Assembly (NCBI GenBank): GCA_963727585.1
Contig: CAVSHH010000008.1
Coordinates: forward strand, 6,134-70,133
Reading direction: 5' to 3'
From: an uncultured Chloroflexia bacterium
GTDB taxonomy: Bacteria > Chloroflexota > Limnocylindria > Limnocylindrales > CSP1-4
Length of the DNA: 64,000 bases
Shown here: positions 57,767-64,000 of the stretch, piece by piece
Position numbering within the stretch: the first letter of the stretch is position 1
Layout: every line of letters begins with the position of its first letter
Notes under the pieces: model-generated
Seen by the model: only the letters and a program-made list of their open reading frames with translations
What the model was told of the DNA's origin: nothing
Databases searched by the model: none
Translations under genes and position numbers: made by a program

Positions 57767-59875
57767 GTGCCCAATCTGCTCGCACCCATCGTCGAAGCCC
57801 TCCTCCAGGTGCCCGCGACCCGGCCCCACGCGGACCCGGGTCCGGCCGACCGCCGCCCGACCGACAGCCGCCCAGGCGACGGCGACGACGAACGGTTGGC
57901 GGCGGACGTGAGCACGCTCACTTCCGCGTTCCTACGGGCGCTGGCCGGCATCGACGCCGGCGGCGCGCAGACCCGCGCGGAGCTCCGGGCAGGAGCGGCC
58001 GCCGACCCGAGCTCGGCGCTTGCGCGCCTGTACCACGAGGGCCTGGATCGCATCGAGACCGAGCTGGCAGGGCGGAGCGCCGATCCCGAGTTCAGCGCAA
58101 TCCTGGAACGGGCCGCCAGGATCCTCGAGCAATCGGCCGGCGACGGCGCCCGGCGCGAGGCGATCTGGTCCGTCCTGTTCCCGCAGGGCACCGCCACGCT
58201 GGGCCATGAGGCGGAGCGGGAGGCGGAGTTGCGGGCGCGCCGCCGGATCCTCCTGGCTGCTCCGGCCGCCGACCCGATCGAGGACCCGGCACGCGAGGTC
58301 CTGTTCACGTCGAACGTGCTGCTCACCCGGCCGCTCACCGCAGACGGCGACGCCCGCCTGCGGGCGAGTGGCCTAGCCGGACTCGTGCCCGATGTGGTGG
58401 CCGATCCCCAGCGCCACTGGTACGACCACCCCATCCCGCTGGGCATTGCGCCCGAGGCCAACGAGCTGCTCCATGGGTTGCGCGGCCTTGACGACGCGAT
58501 CGCGTTCGAGCGTCGTGATGGGCACGCGACGGGCGAGCCCGTTCCCGTGGTCCTGTCCGTCTCGGTGACCCACGACGGGCTCCACCCGGCCGCTCGTCCC
58601 TGGGTCGAGGCCGAGCTGCGGCAGGCGGGCGGCCTGCGCCACGTGGCCCCCTACGTGATCACCGAGCGGGATGTGCGCCGGCTGGTGGACGAGGTCCTGG
58701 GACCCGCGTGGCTGCGGTTCGCGCCGGTGGCATCCACCGGTGCTGCCACCGACGGCGCCTCCGCCTTCGATGTGCTCGGGGTGGACGGTCCCTATGGCCG
58801 CCACTACTCGTTCCTCAAGGCGATCGCCGCGGTCTGGCACGTGACCATGGATCCCGCCGTCCGGGCAACCTTCAAGATCGACCTCGACCAGGTGTTCCCG
58901 CAGGACGTGCTGGTCGCGGAGACCGGCCGGTCCGCGTTCGGGCACCTGGCGAACCCGGCCTGGGGCGGGACCGGACGGGACGCGGCCGGGCGGGACGTGG
59001 AGCTCGGGCTGATCGCGGGCGGCCTGGTGAACGCCAGCCAGATCGACGACGGCCTGTTCACGCCGGATGTCCCGGCGCCGCGAGGTCCGGCTGGCGCCCA
59101 TGAGTGGGTGTTCCTCAGCGCGCTGCCGCAGGCGATCTCGACCCGGGGCGAGATCAACGCCCGCTACGAAAGTCCTGACCTCGACGGGGTCGGCACGATG
59201 CTCGAGCGGATCCACGTCACCGGCGGCACCAACGGCATCCGCGTCGACGCGCTTCGCCGCCACCGTCCGTTCACGCCCTCGTTTGTCGGCCGGGCCGAGG
59301 ACCAGGCGTACATCCTTTCCGTGCTCGACCTGCCCGGTCCGCGGCTGGCCTACCTCCACGCGTCGGGACTGGTGATGCGCCACGACAAGGAGGCCTATGC
59401 ACGGTCAGCGATCGAGGCCGCCGAGGTGGGCAAGCTGGTTGGCGACGACGTCCGCATCCTGGTGTTCTCGGCATTGGTCGACCTGCTCGAGCGACGGGGA
59501 GCGGAGACGCCCGGGGCGCTGGGCGGACCCGCGGTCCGGAGCCTGCTCGACCCGTTCACCGGTTCGTTCGCCTCGCGCCTCCCGGCGACCGTGGTCCTGC
59601 TGCGGTTCGCCTTCAGGCTCCGCGACTGGGCGGCGGGCCCACCCGGCCGCCTCCGGGAGCTCGCCACCGACGGCGCTCGACGCCTCCTGGAGACGCTCGC
59701 ATTCACCGCCGACCCCGTTGCCTTCGCGGCGGCCGTGGAGGCCGAACGGACCGGCTGGCACCGGTTCTATGACACGCTCGATGCGCTCGAGGCGGCGATC
59801 GCGAGCGAGGATCCCGACGCCCTCGCGCTCCGCGTCCGGGCACGGTCCATCCTCGACGCGTGCCGGGCGCGCTGA
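57767..59875 (+). CDS. Large conserved-looking hypothetical protein, possible GT-A-like enzyme (start uncertain)
   Basis: Motif-rich: WYDHPI, SVTH, GVDGPYGRHYSFLKA, FKIDLDQVF, HVTGGTNG, RAEDQAY, MRHDK. Confidence 0.8.
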   Translation: MPNLLAPIVEALLQVPATRPHADPGPADRRPTDSRPGDGDDERLAADVSTLTSAFLRALAGIDAGGAQTRAELRAGAAADPSSALARLYHEGLDRIETELAGRSADPEFSAILERAARILEQSAGDGARREAIWSVLFPQGTATLGHEAEREAELRARRRILLAAPAADPIEDPAREVLFTSNVLLTRPLTADGDARLRASGLAGLVPDVVADPQRHWYDHPIPLGIAPEANELLHGLRGLDDAIAFERRDGHATGEPVPVVLSVSVTHDGLHPAARPWVEAELRQAGGLRHVAPYVITERDVRRLVDEVLGPAWLRFAPVASTGAATDGASAFDVLGVDGPYGRHYSFLKAIAAVWHVTMDPAVRATFKIDLDQVFPQDVLVAETGRSAFGHLANPAWGGTGRDAAGRDVELGLIAGGLVNASQIDDGLFTPDVPAPRGPAGAHEWVFLSALPQAISTRGEINARYESPDLDGVGTMLERIHVTGGTNGIRVDALRRHRPFTPSFVGRAEDQAYILSVLDLPGPRLAYLHASGLVMRHDKEAYARSAIEAAEVGKLVGDDVRILVFSALVDLLERRGAETPGALGGPAVRSLLDPFTGSFASRLPATVVLLRFAFRLRDWAAGPPGRLRELATDGARRLLETLAFTADPVAFAAAVEAERTGWHRFYDTLDALEAAIASEDPDALALRVRARSILDACRAR

Positions 59876-59900
59876 GGGTGCTCGGGCGTGCTGGACCGGG

Positions 59901-61058
59901 TCAGCCCGGGATCTCGCCCAGGGTGACCTGCACCGTCGACCGCGTGCCGTCCTGCGTCTGGACCGCGACCGACACCGTGGCACCCGGCTGCAGGCCCGCG
60001 AGGACCTTGGTCAGCGTGGCGGCGTCCGGGGTGTCATTGCCGTCGATCGACGTGATCAGCTCCCCGGCCTTGAGACCCGCGGCGGCGGCCGGTCCGCCGG
60101 GCTCGACGGAGTAGACCAGGACGCCCTGGGTGTTCATCACGTCGGCGGACCGGATGCCCAGGTAGGCGCGGTGCGAATCGGTGACCCGCCCGTCCTTGAT
60201 CAGCTGGTTGGCAAAGTCGACCGCATCGTTGGACGGGATGGCGAACCCGATGCCCGCGGCCGCACCGCCGATCTGCTGGTCGACGGCTGCGAGCGTGGGA
60301 ATGCCCACCACGTTGCCGTTGATGTCGACCAGGGCCCCGCCGCTGTTGCCGGGGTTGATGGCGGCGCTGGTCTGGATCGTCCCGGGAAGCGTCACGCTGC
60401 CCGACTCGCTGACCGTCCGCCCGAGGGCGCTCACGATGCCGTCGGTCACGCTGGCCTGGAGCCCGAGGGGGTTGCCGACCGCCATCACGATCTGGCCGAC
60501 GCGAAGCTGGGACGAGTCGGCGAACGTCGCCGGCTGGAGGTTCGGGGCGTCGATCCGGACCACGGCCACGTCGTTGGCGACGAAGGTACCGACGAGCTTG
60601 CCCGGGTACTGGCGGCCGTCCGCCAGCGTGACCGTGAATGTCGTTGCCCCGCCCACGACGTGGGCGTTGGTCACGATGTCGCCCGCGGTGTCGAACACGA
60701 TCCCCGAGCCCAGCCCGAGCTGGGTCTCGATCACCACCACCGACGGGGACACGCGCTGGACGACCGTCTCGTACTCCTGCTGGAGCTGACCGAGCGCCCC
60801 GTCGATCGGCATCGAGGCGGGCGTGGCGGTGGGGGTCGAGGTCGCGATGGGTGACGTCGTCGGCGTGGACGACGATCCGGCGGTCGCGCCGGCGGAGGCA
60901 GCCGATGGCGAGGCGCCCTGGTCGGATCCGCAGGCCGCGACGGACAGCACCAGGATCGTGACCAGGGCGGCCAGGGTACGGCCGCGTGCCCGCCGGTGGG
61001 CCGGCTTCCGAACGGTGGTCTCCGGGGCTGCGCCTGGCAAACGGGTGGTGGCATGCAT
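59901..61058 (-). CDS. HtrA/DegP-like serine protease with PDZ domain, probable lipoprotein
   Basis: TNAHVV, DVAV, AINPGNSGG; PDZ; lipobox-like VAAC. Confidence 0.93.
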   Translation of the reverse strand: MHATTRLPGAAPETTVRKPAHRRARGRTLAALVTILVLSVAACGSDQGASPSAASAGATAGSSSTPTTSPIATSTPTATPASMPIDGALGQLQQEYETVVQRVSPSVVVIETQLGLGSGIVFDTAGDIVTNAHVVGGATTFTVTLADGRQYPGKLVGTFVANDVAVVRIDAPNLQPATFADSSQLRVGQIVMAVGNPLGLQASVTDGIVSALGRTVSESGSVTLPGTIQTSAAINPGNSGGALVDINGNVVGIPTLAAVDQQIGGAAAGIGFAIPSNDAVDFANQLIKDGRVTDSHRAYLGIRSADVMNTQGVLVYSVEPGGPAAAAGLKAGELITSIDGNDTPDAATLTKVLAGLQPGATVSVAVQTQDGTRSTVQVTLGEIPG

Positions 61059-61311
61059 GGTCGGCTCCGATCGTGCGGGCGGCGCGCCGCAACGCTCGTC
61101 GCCGGGTACAGCCGGTGCGCGGCACGGGGCCCTGGCATTGACTCCAGCCGGGAGACGGGTTGGGTCCCTGGCGGCTGGCGAGGGTCCTCTGGCTATTGAC
61201 TCTGGTTCCGAGCCTATGACCCACGGATTGCAGGAGCATGAGAGGGCGGCCAGGTTCCGTCGGTCCGAATCGCCCTTGGCGAGTCCGGGCGGATCACCGC
61301 CAATAGATATT

Positions 61312-61342
61312 TGCAAAGAGGTCTTGGCAAAGAAGTCTTTGC
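61312..61342. promoter_or_regulatory. Two overlapping GCAAAGA-N2-TCTTTGC inverted repeats, probable operator of the adjacent regulator
   Basis: TGCAAAGAGGTCTTGGCA 61312-61329; GCAAAGAAGTCTTTGC 61327-61342; next to TAGGAT -10. Confidence 0.75.
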
Positions 61343-61359
61343 GGTGTAGGATCCGCGCC

Positions 61360-62079
61360 ATGGACGACAACCACCCCGCTCCCCCGCCCCCGCCGGATCC
61401 GCAGGGGACCACCGCCGATAGGCTCCTGGGCGGTGAGCGCCAGGACATCGCGACCCCCGATGCCCGGTCGCTCCGCGGCCTCGCCCACCCACTGCGGCTC
61501 CAGATGCTCGGTCTGCTGCGTGTCGACGGCCCGGCCACGGCCACCCAACTCGCCGCCCGCACCGGCCAGTCGAGCGGCGCGACCAGCTACCACCTGCGCC
61601 AGCTCGCCGCCTACGGCTTCGTGGTCGAGGACGAGACACGAACCATGAACCGGCGCGATCGGTACTGGCGAGCCGCCCACCGGCTGACCATGTTCGACCA
61701 GGTGGCCGCCGACGAGGCGAGCCGTGCGGTTGGCGAGGAGTACCTGCGGGTCGTGGGCGACGCCAATGCCCGACGGGTCCAGGCCTCGATCGCCGGCCTC
61801 GCCACGGTCGAGCAGGACCTGGGCCCGGGCTGGCTCGCCGGGTTCACGATGAGCGATCTCACCCTGCGGCTGACGCTGCCGGAAGCCAAGGCGCTGATCG
61901 CCGACCTGGAGGGAATCGCGGCCCGCTACCGGCTCAACGACCCGGATGCCACCGCCACGGCCCCCCGGGATGCCCGGCGCGTCGTGCTCCAGTTCCAGGT
62001 GCTGCCCGAGGCCGCCGGTTCGGGCGCGACCAGTGGGATCGACACCGCCGGAGTTGAGCGAGATGGGAACGATGTCTGA
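61360..62079 (+). CDS. ArsR-like winged-helix regulator
   Basis: LAHPLRLQML...ATATQLA...SGATSYHLRQLA..GFV...RYWRA. Confidence 0.9.
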   Translation: MDDNHPAPPPPPDPQGTTADRLLGGERQDIATPDARSLRGLAHPLRLQMLGLLRVDGPATATQLAARTGQSSGATSYHLRQLAAYGFVVEDETRTMNRRDRYWRAAHRLTMFDQVAADEASRAVGEEYLRVVGDANARRVQASIAGLATVEQDLGPGWLAGFTMSDLTLRLTLPEAKALIADLEGIAARYRLNDPDATATAPRDARRVVLQFQVLPEAAGSGATSGIDTAGVERDGNDV

Positions 62080-63433
62080 GCCGCGCGCCGGTCGGCCGGC
62101 CGGGCGGAGCCGGCGTGGCCTGGCCGGCCTGTTGATGGCCAACCTGGTGTCGATGCTCGGCACCCGGATGTCGATGCTGGCCCTGCCGTGGTTCGTGCTG
62201 GTCACGACGGGCAGCGCCGGTCAGACGGGCCTGATCGTGTTCGCAGAGATGGCTCCGTACGTGCTGGTCCAGGCGCTGGGCGGTCCGGTCGTGGACCGCC
62301 TGGGCAACCGGCGCACGTCGATCGCGTGCGACCTCGTCGCGGGCATCACGTTCGGGCTGGTTCCCATCCTGCACGTGGCCGGCGCCCTGTCCCTACCGGC
62401 GATGGCGGTGCTGGTGGCGATCACCGGGGCCACTCGCGGGGCCGGCGACACGGCGCGGCACGTATTGGTCCCCGCGCTCGCCGGTGCTGCGTCCATGCCG
62501 CTCGAGCGGGCAAGCGGCTGGTACGACGGCGTCAGCCGCACCGCGAGCATGATCGGCGCCCCGCTCGCCGGGGTGCTGGTGGCCGTCACATCGGCACCCG
62601 TCGTGGTTGCGATCGATGCGGTCACGTTCGCGGCGTCGGCGCTCCTCGTCGCCCTTCTCGTGCCCCGGTCGGCGGCCCGCGATGCGGCACCGGCTGCCGC
62701 GGATCTCGCCCGGCCGGCGGACGACGAGGCCGGCTACCTGGCGTCGCTCAAGGAGGGTTTCGCAGCCCTCGCGGCGGACCGGCTCCTGGTCGGGATCGCT
62801 GCCATGATCCTGGTGACCAACCTCCTCGACCAGGCGTTCGCGGCCATCCTGGCACCGGTCTGGGCCAACGACATGACCGGCAGCCCGGTCGCGCTCGGCC
62901 TGATGGGAGCAGCCATGGGGCTGGGGGCGCTGGTCGGCAACGGCGGTGGGGCGTGGCTCGGGCCGCGCTTGCCGCGCCGGCTCACCTACGCGTGGGGGTT
63001 CCTGCTGGCGGGCGGTCCGCGCTACTTCGTCCTTGCCCTGGCATCGTCGGTGTCGCCGGTCGTGGCCGTGTGCTTCGTCGCCGGCGTCGGCGCAGGAGGC
63101 ATCAACCCCATCCTGGGCGCGGTGGAGTTCGAGCGGGTCCCGGCCCGCCTGCAGGCACGCGTCCTGGGAGCGCTGGGCGCGACGGCCTGGGCCGGAATCC
63201 CATTCGGCGCGCTCGTGGGTGGCGCCCTCGTGGACGGGTTCGGCCTGCAGGGCGCCCTCGTCGCAGCCGGCGCCCTGTACCTGCTCACGACGCTTGCGCC
63301 GTTCGTGTTCCCCGTGTGGCGCGAGATGGACCGCCGGCCCGTGGTGACGTCGGAGGCCGAGCCGGACCCATCCCGCGGCAGCGTCGAAGGCGACTCCTCG
63401 GTGCCGGAGGCAGCCGCCAGTCGTGTGGCCTGA
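62072..63433 (+). CDS. MFS transporter
   Basis: 12 TM, GGPVVDRLGNRR motif A, LQARV. Confidence 0.9.
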   Translation: MSEPRAGRPAGRSRRGLAGLLMANLVSMLGTRMSMLALPWFVLVTTGSAGQTGLIVFAEMAPYVLVQALGGPVVDRLGNRRTSIACDLVAGITFGLVPILHVAGALSLPAMAVLVAITGATRGAGDTARHVLVPALAGAASMPLERASGWYDGVSRTASMIGAPLAGVLVAVTSAPVVVAIDAVTFAASALLVALLVPRSAARDAAPAAADLARPADDEAGYLASLKEGFAALAADRLLVGIAAMILVTNLLDQAFAAILAPVWANDMTGSPVALGLMGAAMGLGALVGNGGGAWLGPRLPRRLTYAWGFLLAGGPRYFVLALASSVSPVVAVCFVAGVGAGGINPILGAVEFERVPARLQARVLGALGATAWAGIPFGALVGGALVDGFGLQGALVAAGALYLLTTLAPFVFPVWREMDRRPVVTSEAEPDPSRGSVEGDSSVPEAAASRVA

Positions 63434-63582
63434 CGTCCACGGCGGGCTGCGCAGGTGGTCCGGGGTGTGTGATCCTTTGTGGCGCCACCCGCCCCGGGCG
63501 GCGCCATTCACGACGTGGGATGCACGCGCGCCCAGCGGTGCGCAAGCGAGCGGCCGGCAGGCCCATCCAAAGGAGACGCCTC

Positions 63583-64000
63583 ATGGCAGACAAGCAGGTT
63601 GTGCTCGGGATCTTCAAGGACGAGGGTCTGGCCAACTCCGCCGTGGCCGTTCTCACGGAGTGGGACAAAGCCGAGAAGGGCGTCAAGCTCGGTGCGATCG
63701 GGGTGCTCGTGGCCGACAGCTACGGCCAGCTCACGACCCAGAAGGTCGGCCGGCGCACGGTCCACAAGGGGGCCGGCCTCGGCCTGGCGCTGGCCATGCT
63801 GACGCCCGTCGGCCTGGTCGCCGGGGTGGTGGGCGGCGGCCTGGTCGGAGCCCTGCATCGCAAGGGCCTGGGGCTCGCACCCGAGGTCCGCGAGCAGCTC
63901 GGCTGGGACCTGTCGGACGGCAGCGCAGCGGTCGGCGTCCTGGTGGAAGCGGAGCAGGCAGGCGCCGTCGAGGCGAAGCTGGCCGAGATCGGCGGCACCA
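63583..64000 (+). CDS. DUF1269-like membrane protein (runs off window)
   Basis: AAGGAG RBS; MADKQVVLGIF...GAGLGLALAMLTPVGLVAGVVGGGLVGAL glycine zipper. Confidence 0.7.
   Translation, partial: MADKQVVLGIFKDEGLANSAVAVLTEWDKAEKGVKLGAIGVLVADSYGQLTTQKVGRRTVHKGAGLGLALAMLTPVGLVAGVVGGGLVGALHRKGLGLAPEVREQLGWDLSDGSAAVGVLVEAEQAGAVEAKLAEIGGT

Noticed and set aside
61059-61260. c-di-AMP (ydaO) riboswitch upstream of htrA
   Set aside because: Only short fragments (GGGACCCA, ACCCGTC) resemble it; the conserved GCTGAATC and AGCTAAC elements are missing.

Overview
High-GC (~70%+) bacterial chromosome segment. Gene content and style suggest Chloroflexota (possibly Limnocylindria/Ellin6529) or Actinomycetota; this is inference. 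About 55 CDS are supported. Left end: an amino-acid ABC transporter, a membrane protein coupled to a WYL regulator, a SAMHD1-like HD phosphohydrolase, an M23 peptidase and a tRNA-Arg(UCG). Downstream of the tRNA lies an accessory, signalling-rich region (~6.9-24.5 kb) with repeated copies of the tRNA 3' end, four different class III nucleotide cyclases, a cNMP-binding protein with an unrecognised N-terminal domain, a TreS-like enzyme and several gene remnants. The rest is mostly metabolic: CPA2/TrkA, gltA, GGDEF, an enolase-FAD/FeS oxidase-DUF296-PoxB operon, MttB, TetR/F420 reductase, NuoF-like protein plus ferredoxin, rocD, tandem DsbA, an orphan histidine kinase, pntAAB, DoxX, HtrA and ArsR/MFS. 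No integrase, transposase, rRNA or CRISPR array was seen. Best candidates for new biology: the integrase-less tRNA-3'-end-delimited cassettes, the cNMP-binding protein plus cupin-cyclase pair within a cyclase cluster, two promoter-bearing structured sRNA candidates with C-rich loops, a stand-alone phage-head-type YKLPHH domain behind DoxX, and widespread leaderless (-10 box-N6-start) transcription. All family calls are motif recognition by eye, not database searches.
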